Part shown: positions 1 to 10,377 of the stretch, in pieces | Layout: every line of letters starts with the position of its first letter | Position numbering within the stretch: the first letter of the stretch is position 1 | DNA from: Hydrurus foetidus | Lineage: Eukaryota | Assembly (NCBI GenBank): GCA_900617105.1 | Contig: UYFQ01000023.1 | Location: forward strand, 496,001 to 560,000 | Direction: 5' to 3' | Length of the DNA stretch: 64,000 nucleotides | Made by a program: the position numbers and the translations under genes | The notes under the pieces: model-generated | What the model was told of the DNA's origin: nothing | Seen by the model: the letters and a program-made list of their open reading frames with translations, nothing else | The model's database searches: none

Positions 1-95
1 TCGCACCCAAGACCTTCATTGCGCACGGTGAAACTTATCATGGTGGCCTGCGGCTTCTGCCATGACCTTTGTATCTTTAGCACCCAAGGAAATCC

Positions 96-809
96 ATGAC
101 TACACCTACCAGCCCCTTGTTGAATTACAGCCTTGAAGCCGGCATTGCCACCCTGACGCTGGACGACGGCAAAGCCAATGCGATGAGCGTGTCCATGCTC
201 CAAGCCCTCAACCAAGCACTGGACCGCGCCCAAGCTGACAAGGCCATCGTGGTGCTGCGTGGCCGCGCGGGCATGTTTTCCGGGGGGTTTGACCTCTCCG
301 CGTTCAAAAGAGAGCCGCAAGAAATTTTGGCCATGCTCAAAGCCGGGGCCGCGTTGTCAGCCCGCTTGCTCGCCTACCCGCACCCTGTGGTGGCTGTGTG
401 CACGGGACACGCGATTGCCATGGGCGTTTTTTTGCTGCTCAGCACCGACCTGCGCATAGGCTCTCAGCCTGACGCGAAAATTCAAGTCAATGAAGTGCTC
501 ATCGGCATGACGCTGCCCTACTTTGCGATTGAAGTATGCCGCCAGCGACTCACCCCAGCCCAAGCCAACCTCGCCGCGATCACCGCTGCTCCCTACACCC
601 AACTCCAGGCCCAGGCCGCCGGGTTTTTAGACGAGGTGGCGCAGCCCGATGAACTGGAAGCCGTTTTGAAAAAGCATACCGACCATTTGCGAAAACTCGA
701 CCCCGAAGCCTTTACCGCCACCAAACTGCGTTTGCGCGAGCCTGCCTTGGCCTTGCTGCATGAGGGCATCCGTAAGGACATTGAAGTCTGGTCGGCACGC
801 TTTCAGTAA
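96..809 (+). CDS. Enoyl-CoA hydratase/isomerase (crotonase) family protein
   Basis: LDDGKANA, FSGGFDL oxyanion motif, CTGHAIAMG; AAGGA RBS upstream. Confidence 0.9.
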   Translation: MTTPTSPLLNYSLEAGIATLTLDDGKANAMSVSMLQALNQALDRAQADKAIVVLRGRAGMFSGGFDLSAFKREPQEILAMLKAGAALSARLLAYPHPVVAVCTGHAIAMGVFLLLSTDLRIGSQPDAKIQVNEVLIGMTLPYFAIEVCRQRLTPAQANLAAITAAPYTQLQAQAAGFLDEVAQPDELEAVLKKHTDHLRKLDPEAFTATKLRLREPALALLHEGIRKDIEVWSARFQ

Positions 810-829
810 TTCAGTAATTCGGTGATGCC

Positions 830-1204
830 TCATTTGGCGAGGTACTGCACACCAGGCAGGCCCGTGTAATCCACGTCTTGCGTCCAGAAGGTGGCTTTGA
901 ACTCCAGTGCAATGGCATACATCACCGCGTCCGCCATGGCCAGTTTGTGCCGTTGGGCCGTGGCAGAGGCGGCCAAAGCACGGGCATCCGTCAGCTCAAT
1001 CACCCGCCCCATGCGCATCACGTCCAAACACTGGTTCACCACAGGCTCAGGCACCAATTGGCTCAAGCGTTTGTGTACCTCATAGAGGGCAATGACAGGC
1101 ACCACAAGCTGGGCGCGTGCCTCAATGGCGGAGGCAAACAATTCAGCGCGAGGGGAGTCCAGCAGGTATTCAATCCACCCCGACGAATCGACAACATTCA
1201 TCAA
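830..1204 (-). CDS. vapC: PIN-domain toxin (VapC family)
   Basis: VVDSSGWIEY, ALYEV, MADA, TQDVD acidic PIN motifs; 4-nt overlap with upstream antitoxin. Confidence 0.9.
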   Translation of the reverse strand: MMNVVDSSGWIEYLLDSPRAELFASAIEARAQLVVPVIALYEVHKRLSQLVPEPVVNQCLDVMRMGRVIELTDARALAASATAQRHKLAMADAVMYAIALEFKATFWTQDVDYTGLPGVQYLAK

Positions 1205-1431
1205 AACCGGTCGCTTTCTTTGGGAATTTCAGTATCGGGGATGGCATAACCCTTGAGCAGACCCCGGTAGGCGCTGATGGGCAATTCGGGTGTAATCACA
1301 ATCTCTTTGCCCCGCAATTCAAACCGGATACGTGAGCCTGCCACCAAGCCCAATTGTTCGCGCAACCGCACCGGCAGCGTCACTTGACCTTTGCTGGACA
1401 CGGTGGAGGGACTGTCTAAAACAGCAGACAT
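1201..1431 (-). CDS. AbrB/MazE/SpoVT-family antitoxin
   Basis: STVSSKGQVTLPVRLREQLGL swapped-hairpin motif; directly upstream of PIN gene. Confidence 0.9.
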   Translation of the reverse strand: MSAVLDSPSTVSSKGQVTLPVRLREQLGLVAGSRIRFELRGKEIVITPELPISAYRGLLKGYAIPDTEIPKESDRF

Positions 1432-1450
1432 GGCAGCATCCTTTGGTTTG

Positions 1451-1508
1451 AGGTAAGAATTTTTTAAAGTAAGATTTTATCTGAAGCAAGAATTTTTTGA
1501 CTTTACTT
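1451..1508 (-). promoter_or_regulatory. Putative autoregulatory operator region of the TA operon
   Basis: AT-rich; repeated GTAAGAATTT / GTAAGATTTT / GCAAGAATTT plus inverted CTTTAC upstream of the antitoxin. Confidence 0.35.
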
Positions 1509-1525
1509 TTTTAAAAACGCACCCT

Positions 1526-2581
1526 ATGAACTCCTCCTGGCTCAGTACCGCCATTGCCCGCATTGAAGCGGATTTCCAACGCAGCGCGGACACGCATTTG
1601 ATCCCCCTACCTATCCCGTATTTCGAGGCGTTGGGTATCGACTTTTACCTGAAGGACGAATCCACCCACCCCACGGGAAGCCTCAAGCACCGGCTGGCGC
1701 GGTCCTTGTTTTTGTACGCGCTGTGCAATGGCTGGATCACCGCGCAATCGACGGTGGTGGAAGCGTCCAGCGGCTCTACCGCCGTCAGTGAGGCTTACTT
1801 TGCCCGGCTGCTGGGGCTGCCGTTTGTGGCGGTGATGCCGCGCAGCACGTCGCCTGAGAAAGTCGCGCAAATCGAGTTCCACGGCGGGCGCTGCCATTGG
1901 GTGGACAGCGCGGCAGAGGTCTACGAGGCGGCTCGCAGTGTGGCCAAAGCCACCAACGGCCACTACATGGACCAGTTCACCTACGCCGAACGGGCCACCG
2001 ACTGGCGGGGTAATAACAACATCGCCGAAAGCATGTTCCACCAAATGGAGCGCGAACGCCACCCCATCCCACGCTGGATCGTGGTGGGTGCAGGCACTGG
2101 CGGCACCAGCGCGACGATTGGGCGTTTTGTGCGCTACCAGAGGCACGCTACCGGGGTTTGCGTGGTTGACCCGATAGGCTCGGTCTTCAGCGCCTACCAC
2201 CGCAGCGGCGACACCACGCTGTGCGGCCCTGGTTCGCGCATCGAAGGCATTGGCCGCCCGCGTGTCGAAGCCAGCTTTGTGCGCGGCGTGGTCGACCGCA
2301 TGGTGGAGGTGGCAGACATGGATTCCATCGCGGCGATGCGGCTGTTGAACGCCAAACTAGGGCGGCGTGTGGGGCCGTCCACGGGGACGAATCTGGTGGG
2401 CATGGTGACGCTGGCGCAAGAGATGGCCGCGCGAGGCGAGACCGGTTCCATCCTTTCGCTGCTGTGCGATGCGGGTGAACGCTACTTGCCGAGTTATTAC
2501 AACGACGAGTGGGTCAACGCTCAGATTGGGGACTGCAGCCAAGCGCAGTTGGCGCTGATGGCGGCAACAGAGGGCACTTAA
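1526..2581 (+). CDS. PLP-dependent cysteine synthase-family protein, probably Cds1-type L-cysteine desulfhydrase
   Basis: [17 protein letters not shown]-lysine motif, ASSGST signature, GAGTGGTS loop, SRIEGIG. Confidence 0.85.
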   Translation: MNSSWLSTAIARIEADFQRSADTHLIPLPIPYFEALGIDFYLKDESTHPTGSLKHRLARSLFLYALCNGWITAQSTVVEASSGSTAVSEAYFARLLGLPFVAVMPRSTSPEKVAQIEFHGGRCHWVDSAAEVYEAARSVAKATNGHYMDQFTYAERATDWRGNNNIAESMFHQMERERHPIPRWIVVGAGTGGTSATIGRFVRYQRHATGVCVVDPIGSVFSAYHRSGDTTLCGPGSRIEGIGRPRVEASFVRGVVDRMVEVADMDSIAAMRLLNAKLGRRVGPSTGTNLVGMVTLAQEMAARGETGSILSLLCDAGERYLPSYYNDEWVNAQIGDCSQAQLALMAATEGT

Positions 2582-4158
2582 GCGATAGATAAAACAGGCA
2601 ACCTGAACTGACCTGCCATGTCGCGCAAATTGCGGGCATTGCCTTGCAAATTCAACGCTGCAGTTGCAGAACTTTCGACCTCAGTCGCATTTTTCTGGGT
2701 CATCTGCTCCATTTCATTCACAGCGGCATTGATGCAGAACATACCTCGACTTTGTTCGCTGGTAGACGTGCTAATTTCGCCAATCACATGCGCTACACGC
2801 CCAACACTATCGACGATAGTGGCCATGGTTTCGCGTGCTTGATGGACTTTTTCGGTGCCCGTTTTGACATTGGCTACAGACTCATTGATGAGCAGTTTAA
2901 TTTGCTGTGCCGCTGCCGCTGAGCGGCTGGCCAGTGCCCGAACTTCAGCTGCCACCACCGCAAACCCACGCCCTTCGGCCCCTGAGCGGGCTGCTTCTAC
3001 CGCCGCATTCAACGCCAAAATATTGGTTTGAAAGGCAATACCGTCAATGACCGCCGTGATATCGACAATTTTGCGCGATGAGGCGTTGATATCGTTCATG
3101 GTTTGCATGACTTCAGACATCACAGCCCGGCCTGTGGTGGCCTCTGCGACAGCTGATTTAGCCATCATTTCACCGCGAACTGAAGCTTCTTGCGAGGTTT
3201 GCATGGTGGCCGTAATCTGCTCAACAGAGGCTGCCGTTTGCTGCAAATTCGATGCCGCCTGCTCAGTCCGGTTAGAGAAATCACGGTTGCCTTCGGCGAT
3301 CTCGCTCGCCTCGTGGGCCACGTTACGGCTCGCCCCTTGCACATTGGCTACCAGCGTGTGCAAAGCGACTTGCATGCGTCCCAGTGCGCTTAACAACTGA
3401 CCACCTTCATCACGGTCATGGCCATCAATTTGCGCCGTCAAATCAAGCGCCCCAACCCGGTTAGCCATGTCCACAGCTTGCCGAATTGAGCCCGTGATGC
3501 CACGCACAAGCCACACCGACAAGAAGCTACCCAACAGAACGGCACACAAACCAAAAATCACCTGCACCCACCGAGCAGACAGGCTTAAGCCTTGGATAAG
3601 CTTGACGGAAGAATCAATCTTGCTGCGTTGGGTATCGCCCAATTGGGTCACCACGGACAACAACATCTGCGCTGACGGTGCAAAACGACTCACATAAACA
3701 TGCTCAATATTCGAAGTCAAACCACCATCACGGGCAACTGTCAGCGCTTGCGAAGCTTTCAAAAATTCCGCGTTGGCAACCACAATGCCTTGCAAAACAA
3801 CCTGTTCATCAGGGTTCACCATCATCTCTTTAAGCCGACGTAGCAAGGCCTCAACAACCTCCGCTGTTTGCTTGATTTCAGGTTGCAAAGCGTCTCCAAC
3901 TTGAGGTTCAGAGCTCATCGCTAAGGCCTTGGAACGCGCCACATTGATCGCAATATGGCGCTGCAAATCCCCGGTCAATCGCTCTGTGGCCATAGCTTCA
4001 TCAACCATGTGCGCGGTCTCTGTGGAAACCCGGTGGAGCGACCAGATCCCCAATACCGAGCCGAGCAACGCAACCGTCATTACAAGGGCTAAAACACCAG
4101 AAATACGTTTGGAAAAAGTACCCAAAATTTCATTCCTTCCTATAATTTTCAGTTGCAA
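2578..4158 (-). CDS. Methyl-accepting chemotaxis protein
   Basis: Two TM helices, periplasmic helical domain, [41 protein letters not shown] hairpin; TTG start with AGGGAG upstream. Confidence 0.93.
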   Translation of the reverse strand: MQLKIIGRNEILGTFSKRISGVLALVMTVALLGSVLGIWSLHRVSTETAHMVDEAMATERLTGDLQRHIAINVARSKALAMSSEPQVGDALQPEIKQTAEVVEALLRRLKEMMVNPDEQVVLQGIVVANAEFLKASQALTVARDGGLTSNIEHVYVSRFAPSAQMLLSVVTQLGDTQRSKIDSSVKLIQGLSLSARWVQVIFGLCAVLLGSFLSVWLVRGITGSIRQAVDMANRVGALDLTAQIDGHDRDEGGQLLSALGRMQVALHTLVANVQGASRNVAHEASEIAEGNRDFSNRTEQAASNLQQTAASVEQITATMQTSQEASVRGEMMAKSAVAEATTGRAVMSEVMQTMNDINASSRKIVDITAVIDGIAFQTNILALNAAVEAARSGAEGRGFAVVAAEVRALASRSAAAAQQIKLLINESVANVKTGTEKVHQARETMATIVDSVGRVAHVIGEISTSTSEQSRGMFCINAAVNEMEQMTQKNATEVESSATAALNLQGNARNLRDMAGQFRLPVLSIA

Positions 4159-4258
4159 TTGACAACCATCTCCCTAAAAACTCACTCTGCTACAGCGTGC
4201 TACAGGTAGCGGCTAACTGAAAGCAATCAACATAATGGACGATGGACATGACAAAAAA

Positions 4259-4574
4259 ATGACACCGTAGCTTTTGCACACCCGACGCCAGATTCTTCTC
4301 GCGAGTCCACCCGTGCTGATGGGTTTGGCTGAAATCACCGCCAGCATGGGCTTGGCACTGGGAGCCGCTCAACCCGCCATGGCAATGAGCGAAGGTGCAC
4401 TGCAATTCCCCCGCGACCACGGTGCCCACCCAGACTTTCGCACCGAGTGGTGGTATATCACCAGCATGGCTTTCAAAGCGAAAGGCCGTGACAACGCTGA
4501 CGCTGAAGCCGCTGCGCTGGCGGAACCCGATTTCGGCTTTCAGTTGACGTTCTTTCGCTCACGGGTGGATGCCA
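4259..4574 (+). pseudogene. Truncated 5' copy of the lipocalin-like/AttH-like gene at 6050-7318
   Basis: Colinear with 6125-6419 (GALQFPRDHGAHPDFRTEWWYIT...FQLTFFRSRVDA); homology ends at 4574; in-frame TAG at 4268 after ATG 4259. Confidence 0.85.
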
Positions 4575-4580
4575 GCTGGC

Positions 4581-4892
4581 CTATGCCGGGATGGACTGAG
4601 GGTCTGCGTACCCTTCAATCACAATGAGGTCGATCGTGCATACCTCGTTGCGCAAAGAAATAGCATGCTGGTAAGCGGGGGAATTCCAGCAATCGAACGC
4701 CGCTTGGTAGCTTGGAAACTCAATCACCGCATTGCGTGACCGGCTTTCCCCTTCCATTGTGGCGAAGCTGCCCCCACGCACCAGAAACTTCCCACCGTAA
4801 TGCGCCAATGGCTGCGCATTGGCAGCGATGTACTGCTGGTACTGTTCCAAGTTACTGATATCAACGCGAACAATCCAATAACCTTTTGACAT
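4581..4892 (-). CDS. DUF1330 family small ferredoxin-like-fold protein
   Basis: MSKGYWI..YGGKFLVRGG..EG..RNAVIEFPS..WNSPAYQ; AAAGGA RBS before ATG 4892. Confidence 0.88.
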   Translation of the reverse strand: MSKGYWIVRVDISNLEQYQQYIAANAQPLAHYGGKFLVRGGSFATMEGESRSRNAVIEFPSYQAAFDCWNSPAYQHAISLRNEVCTIDLIVIEGYADPQSIPA

Positions 4893-5006
4893 AACGAATC
4901 CTTTTGTACTGAGATGAATGAAGCGCATCTCCAGGGATCTGGCGGATGCAGCTCGCAGTGTAGGTTTTATAATTTTCTTTAAAAGTGAATTATTATGAAC
5001 ATTTAA

Positions 5007-5021
5007 TTCTCAAAATAAGAA
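5007..5021. promoter_or_regulatory. LysR T-N11-A box (TTCT-N7-AGAA)
   Basis: TTCTCAAAATAAGAA dyad immediately upstream of the LysR start, in the divergent intergenic region. Confidence 0.5.
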
Positions 5022-5022
5022 T

Positions 5023-5931
5023 ATGGATTTGATTGATTTGCGCTGCTTCCAAGCGGTTGTGCAATACGGCGGCATTACGCGAGCAGCCGTTGCCCTGCAT
5101 CGGGTTCCTTCCAATGTTTCTACGCGCATTCGCATGCTGGAGGAAGATCTGCAGGCAAGTCTGTTTGTGCGTGAGGGCAAGCGTATGCAACTTTCGCCGC
5201 AGGGCCAACTGTTGCTGGACTACGCCAACCGGCTGTTGCAATTAGCACAAGAAGCGCGAGGCGCGCTGCACGACAGCACACCTCGCGGCACCTTGCGGTT
5301 GGGTGCAATGGAAAGCACTGCAGCGATTCGCTTGCCAACTTTGCTGACACGCATGAACCAACAGTTTCCTGCCATCTCTGTCGAACTGAGCACGGGGCCC
5401 CCTCGGCCACTGACGGCACGCGTGATCGCCGGAGAACTGGATGCAGCGCTTGTGGCGGAACCTGTTTCCGATCCACGCTTGTCCAGCCAACTGGCCTACG
5501 TAGAAAACCTGGTGATGATCGCTCCCGCAGGCCATCCGGCAGTACGCAGTGCCCGCGCCTTGCGGCTGGACGCGCTGCTGGTGTTCGATTCGGACTGCCC
5601 CCACCGGCAGCGCCTGGAGGCGTGGTGTGCACGAGGCAAGATCGCCCCGCACAAGGTGATTGAACTGGGCTCGTACCACGCCATCCTCGGTTGTTGCGTT
5701 GCGGGTATGGGCGTGGCGCTCATTCCTGAGGCAGTGCTGGACACCTACACCGAGCGTGGGCACCTCTCGGTGTACCCACTCACGGGTGACGCGCGTACCA
5801 TGCGAATCATGCTCATATGGCGTAAAGACACACCGCAACCAAAGATCAATGCGTTGGCTCGTCTGCTGGCAGAAAATGGCACTGCCGCCACAGTTTTGAC
5901 ACCTCAAAAACCTCCCACTCCCGTCAATTAA
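5023..5931 (+). CDS. LysR-family transcriptional regulator (YneJ/PtrR-like)
   Basis: N-terminal HTH GGITRAAVALHRVPSNVSTRIRMLE; GTLRLGAMESTAAIRLP; divergent from DUF1330. Confidence 0.92.
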   Translation: MDLIDLRCFQAVVQYGGITRAAVALHRVPSNVSTRIRMLEEDLQASLFVREGKRMQLSPQGQLLLDYANRLLQLAQEARGALHDSTPRGTLRLGAMESTAAIRLPTLLTRMNQQFPAISVELSTGPPRPLTARVIAGELDAALVAEPVSDPRLSSQLAYVENLVMIAPAGHPAVRSARALRLDALLVFDSDCPHRQRLEAWCARGKIAPHKVIELGSYHAILGCCVAGMGVALIPEAVLDTYTERGHLSVYPLTGDARTMRIMLIWRKDTPQPKINALARLLAENGTAATVLTPQKPPTPVN

Positions 5932-6049
5932 GAGGACATCCCCAGGCCCAGTCGCTGGGCAGATACTCTCGGCTTTCACGCAGCAATTTTGACGGTGGGG
6001 CCACTGCATCACATGTGCATTGACTGCGTTCAAAGCGACAATCGAATTT

Positions 6050-7318
6050 ATGAAACAGGCTCCCTCCATTTTTCGACCGCAAGTCGCGTCAACGCCCATT
6101 GCCACGGCGAAGCAACATCCCACAACCCGTCGCCGTATTCTTATCGGTAGTGCCCCTGCATTGATGGGACTGGGTAGCATCACCACCAGTCTAGGCTTGG
6201 CACTGAGCGCTACCCATTCCGCCATGGCAATCACCGGGGGTGCACTGCAATTCCCCCGCGACCACGGTGCCCACCCAGACTTTCGAACCGAGTGGTGGTA
6301 TATCACCGGCATGGCTTTTAAAGCTAAAGGCAGTGACAACGCTGACGCTGAAGCCGCCGCACTGGCGGAACCCGATTTCGGCTTCCAGCTGACGTTCTTT
6401 CGCTCGCGGGTGGATGCCACGCAGGGGATGCGCTCCACCTTCGCGGCCAAACAACTGATCTTCGCCCATGCGGCGGTGACAGACGTGCAAGGTAAAAAGC
6501 TCTGGCACGACCAGCGCATTGCCCGCTCCAGCGGTGCTGAAAACATCGACTTGGCCTCGGCCAGCAAGCGCAACACCGTGCTGGAGCTGCGTGACTGGTC
6601 TCTCAAGCGCAGCCCGGTACGCGACAAACAAAACCCAGACGCGCCAGAAGGCAGCGTCTACCAAGCCAAATTGCCAGGGCGCGACCTCAGCATCGACTTG
6701 AAATGCAGCAGCACCCAGCCGTTGCTGTTGCAAGGCGACAAGGGCTTGTCGCGCAAAGGCCCGCAAGCGGCGCAATCGAGCTTTTATTACAGCCAGCCGC
6801 AAATGGCGGTGCAGGGCAGCTTGAGCGTGCAGGGCAAAGCGTTCGAGGTGAAGGGCAAGGCTTGGCTAGACCACGAATGGAGCGAAGAGCTGCTGCACCC
6901 GGATGCCGTAGGCTGGGACTGGATCGGAATGAACCTGGACGACGGCAGCGCCCTCACCGCCTTTCGCCTGCGCAACAAAGATGGCAAAGCCCTTTGGGAT
7001 GGCGGCTCGTTCCGCAGTGCGGGGCAAGCCAAACAGGGCAAGACCTACGCCTTCAGCCGAGGTGAAGTGGTGTTCCGCCCCTTGCGCTACTGGAAAAGCC
7101 CCTTAAGCCAAGCAAACTACCCCATCGAGTGGCTGGTACGCACACCCGCCGATTTCTACACGGTGCGTGCGCTGGTGGAAAACCAAGAACTGGACAGCCG
7201 GGGTTCAACGGGTGCCATCTACTGGGAAGGCTTGTGCGAGCTGCTCGACAGCAACGGCCACCGCATGGGGCGTGGGTATTTGGAGATGACGGGGTATGCG
7301 GGAGCGCTGCGGATGTAG
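6050..7318 (+). CDS. Secreted lipocalin-like / carotenoid 1,2-hydratase (CrtC/AttH)-like protein
   Basis: FPRDHGAHPDFRTEWWY, GKAWLDHEWS, GWDWIG, IYWEG, GRGYLEMTGY; twin-Arg-like leader; start uncertain (6020/6050). Confidence 0.85.
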   Translation: MKQAPSIFRPQVASTPIATAKQHPTTRRRILIGSAPALMGLGSITTSLGLALSATHSAMAITGGALQFPRDHGAHPDFRTEWWYITGMAFKAKGSDNADAEAAALAEPDFGFQLTFFRSRVDATQGMRSTFAAKQLIFAHAAVTDVQGKKLWHDQRIARSSGAENIDLASASKRNTVLELRDWSLKRSPVRDKQNPDAPEGSVYQAKLPGRDLSIDLKCSSTQPLLLQGDKGLSRKGPQAAQSSFYYSQPQMAVQGSLSVQGKAFEVKGKAWLDHEWSEELLHPDAVGWDWIGMNLDDGSALTAFRLRNKDGKALWDGGSFRSAGQAKQGKTYAFSRGEVVFRPLRYWKSPLSQANYPIEWLVRTPADFYTVRALVENQELDSRGSTGAIYWEGLCELLDSNGHRMGRGYLEMTGYAGALRM

Positions 7319-7365
7319 TCCCTGCATGTGACCGGCCCATTACCTGCCTGTTACCCTCCCGCCAC

Positions 7366-9438
7366 CTACCAACCCGAAGATAAAAATTTGCCGCCCGTGA
7401 AGTAGTACACCATGTCATCAATCTGCACACTGCGCTCTTGCGACAGGCTGTATTGGCCGTAAGCCAAGTTGTTCGGGTCTTGAAACGGGATAACAAGGCT
7501 GCTGACCTGCGGTTTACTTACCAACGTTTTGGCCGTGCTGTCCACTTCAAAGCGCTGCAAACCTTGTGAATACTGACTCACGCCCGCCACCCGCACCGGC
7601 AATCCAACACGGTAAAGCGCACCCCGTTGAAAGATATTGATACCGTGTCGGCTGAAGTCCAAGGCGCTGAGGCTGCCCCGGCTCCCCAGCGTCAGCGCAT
7701 TCAGCAGCTTGGGCTGCGCCGGGTCAGCGACATCCATCAACGCGACTTTGACACCCTCCACAAATCCCGTTTGGCTGGCATCTTTGCCCACCCCCAACAG
7801 CAGCTTGTCGCCCAAGGGGTACAGGTAATCCGAATAGCCCGGCATCTCTAACTCGCCCATCGCTTTCGGGTCTGCGGGGTCAGCCACGTCCAGCACATAC
7901 AACGGATCGGTGCGGCGGAACGTGACCACATAAGCCCGCGCCCCGGCAAACTGCACGCCATACACCTGCTCACCCGCATGGCCCAAAGCGGCGGGGCGAC
8001 GGGCGTTGGGCAAGCTGCCCACCACGTCAAGGCTGGTGCCGGTACTGCTTTCGCGCAGCAGGGTCAGCGTTGCAGGGGATGCTGAGACTGATGGCATCGG
8101 AGCAATCGTGGTCGTCGTTGCAGGAACAATCCACCCTGTTGCGCCCGTGAAACTCAGCACCCGCAAAACGCCCTGGTGCTCGCTCATGCGGTAGGGCATT
8201 TTTTCACTGTCCCAGCCCAAATGGCCAGGCACAACACCTGAGCCTCGGTAATCCATTTGCAAACCCTTGAGCGCAAACTTGTGAACATCCGTTGCACTGC
8301 CAGAGGGGAAGACCATCGCTGCGGCACTGCTGGCATAGCTGTAATAGCGCGAACTGGTCAGGTACACATTCGCCGGTGACATGTACAGGGCTTGACTCTC
8401 ACCGATAAAACAGCGGCTGCTGCGCTGCAAGCTCGGGGACGACAAATCAAAAGCGGTGATGGTGGTCACTTGCACCCGCGCAGATGCGTTTTTAGCCTGG
8501 AGATAGCAATCGGTGTCGCTCACCAAAGGTACGGCGGGTTTGTCGTCGATTTGCAGTGTGGGCAAGATGTCCGTGCTGCGCAAAGTAGCGAGCTTGGCAT
8601 CGACTTGGCTGGCAGGGGTTGCAGTCGTGAAGGCATAAGTGCTGAGATTGGGTGTCCATGTGCTGGCCAAGTACAGCGTATTGCCAATCATGCGGCTGCC
8701 AATCAGTTGCCCGTCTATCTGCACGCGGTTGGCCAAGCTCAGCACACCCGGCACGCTCAGTGAGACCAAATCCAGTGAAAACTTGGGGTATTGCGTGACG
8801 CTTAGGGGCAATGAAGTGGCTGACGGTGATGCCATATTCACAGTTGTCTGGGCGGCATTTGCTGCGGGAACTACGGCATACATGTACTGCCGCTGACCTA
8901 CCACGGCCAAGCGCTGGACGGCACTGGCCAAAAACATGCCCGTGCGTGCGTTGCTGGCATCCAGCGCCAATGTGCCTGCGGGGGTCAGTTGTCCGTTGGC
9001 CTGCCTGCGTTGGGCTTGCAACTGCGCGGGGACTTGCACGTTGGCCAAAGCGTACGCACTGGACAAGACGTAGAGCATCGTGCCATCGGTTTTCACCACG
9101 TCGTCTTCGTCAACACCGGCCTCTTGCAGTTGCGTACCGGCAAACGCGGTTGCGCTTGCAGCGGCTGGTGCGGCTGAGGCCGCCACAGCGGTGGTGCTGA
9201 CAAATCCAACACTCTCCTGCGGTGACCGCCCCTCCTCCGCAGCCTGTTTGATTTTCGCTTTGACATAGTCAAGCAGTGCGCCCGATGAAGAGGCACTGAG
9301 CGCCACGACTGGCGGCACGACCTGCGCTACCGGCACATTCGCACCACCAGAACCACCGCCGCAAGCCACCACCAGGGCAGCCCCCATCACCGTAACCATC
9401 GGCATGCATTGCCGCAAAGAAAGGGGGGGATTCAACAT
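7366..9438 (-). CDS. Beta-propeller-domain lipoprotein (secreted, function unknown)
   Basis: Lipobox VVAC; QEAGVDEDDVVKTDG, AYVVTFRRTDPLYVLDVADP, GELEMPGYSDYLYP motifs; GAGG RBS. Confidence 0.8.
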   Translation of the reverse strand: MLNPPLSLRQCMPMVTVMGAALVVACGGGSGGANVPVAQVVPPVVALSASSSGALLDYVKAKIKQAAEEGRSPQESVGFVSTTAVAASAAPAAASATAFAGTQLQEAGVDEDDVVKTDGTMLYVLSSAYALANVQVPAQLQAQRRQANGQLTPAGTLALDASNARTGMFLASAVQRLAVVGQRQYMYAVVPAANAAQTTVNMASPSATSLPLSVTQYPKFSLDLVSLSVPGVLSLANRVQIDGQLIGSRMIGNTLYLASTWTPNLSTYAFTTATPASQVDAKLATLRSTDILPTLQIDDKPAVPLVSDTDCYLQAKNASARVQVTTITAFDLSSPSLQRSSRCFIGESQALYMSPANVYLTSSRYYSYASSAAAMVFPSGSATDVHKFALKGLQMDYRGSGVVPGHLGWDSEKMPYRMSEHQGVLRVLSFTGATGWIVPATTTTIAPMPSVSASPATLTLLRESSTGTSLDVVGSLPNARRPAALGHAGEQVYGVQFAGARAYVVTFRRTDPLYVLDVADPADPKAMGELEMPGYSDYLYPLGDKLLLGVGKDASQTGFVEGVKVALMDVADPAQPKLLNALTLGSRGSLSALDFSRHGINIFQRGALYRVGLPVRVAGVSQYSQGLQRFEVDSTAKTLVSKPQVSSLVIPFQDPNNLAYGQYSLSQERSVQIDDMVYYFTGGKFLSSGW

Positions 9439-9460
9439 CGGATGTACCTCTTGGATTTAC

Positions 9461-9485
9461 ATTTGTGGAATAATATCCCACAAAT
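9461..9485. promoter_or_regulatory. Palindromic operator-like site between divergent genes
   Basis: ATTTGTGGAAT-AAT-ATCCCACAAAT: perfect 8-bp arms, 11-bp arms with one mismatch. Confidence 0.6.
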
Positions 9486-9537
9486 TTACGAAATAAAACC
9501 TACAGTCAAGAATTCGGTACCGCCTTCATTCGTCACC

Positions 9538-10377
9538 ATGCCCCTGCGCACCACCATTGTTCTGAATGCGGCCCTTCGCCTTCTCAAGCCCATCGTTCGC
9601 CTGCTGATTCGCCACGGCGTGGCTTATCCCGCTTTCGCAGCAGCGGTCAAGCGCGTATTTTTAGAGGCGGCACAAGAGGAGTTACGTGACGAAGGTCACG
9701 CCTTGACCGACAGCGCGGTCAGCCTCTTGTCGGGCGTCCACCGGCGTGATGTGCGCACCCTGAGCCGTGGCAGCGAAAGCACGGTGGCAGCGGATACGGC
9801 AGCATCCCCAGCCCCCATGAACATGGCCACCCAGATCGTGGCCTGTTGGTTGTCTGAACCACGTTATCTGGACGCACAAGGACAAGCCAAACCCTTGCTA
9901 CGCGGTACCGCAGAAGATGGTTTTGATGCGTTGGTAACGCGCATCAGCCTAGACATACGCCCCCGCGCGGTACTGGACGAGCTGGTACGCCTGGGCATTG
10001 CCGAAGACAGTGCGGATGGCGTTCGCCTGCTGGAACGCGGCTTCGCTCCCCGCCAAGGCTTCGCTGAAATGACCCAATTGCTGCAAGACAACTTGCACGA
10101 CCACATGGCCGCAGCCACCCAAAATCTGGATGGCAAAGCCAACTTTTTGGAGCAATCGGTCTTTGTTGACCACATCACCGCCGATTCCGTTCAACGGCTG
10201 CATGCGGTATCAGCCAAAGCATGGCGGCAAGCCTTTAAGACAGTGATGCAAGAAGCATCAGCGCGGTTTGATGACGACCAACGCCATGCCAAACCCGAAG
10301 ACTGCACCCACCGTGCACGGTTTGGCAGTTACTTTTACGGCACCCCAAAGGATTCCCATGATGCACCGCCCCTTTGA
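9538..10377 (+). CDS. DUF6502-family protein (HTH-like N-terminus)
   Basis: LLKPIVRLLIRHGV..KRVFLEAA..TDSAVSLLSGVHRRDVR, DIRPRAVLDELVRLG, LHDHMAAA; ATG 9538 chosen as start. Confidence 0.72.
   Translation: MPLRTTIVLNAALRLLKPIVRLLIRHGVAYPAFAAAVKRVFLEAAQEELRDEGHALTDSAVSLLSGVHRRDVRTLSRGSESTVAADTAASPAPMNMATQIVACWLSEPRYLDAQGQAKPLLRGTAEDGFDALVTRISLDIRPRAVLDELVRLGIAEDSADGVRLLERGFAPRQGFAEMTQLLQDNLHDHMAAATQNLDGKANFLEQSVFVDHITADSVQRLHAVSAKAWRQAFKTVMQEASARFDDDQRHAKPEDCTHRARFGSYFYGTPKDSHDAPPL

Larger units (their letters stand above)
4280..6419 (+). repeat. ~295-bp imperfect direct repeat pair (4280-4574 and 6125-6419)
   Basis: Visual alignment at a constant offset of 1845 nt; near-identical in the 3' part, more diverged in the signal-peptide part. 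Confidence 0.9.

Noticed and set aside
1..95. Possible minus-strand gene start at the window edge
   Set aside because: Too short to support a call
5242..6627. 461-aa minus-strand ORF
   Set aside because: Antisense to the LysR and lipocalin-like genes, which have clear family motifs
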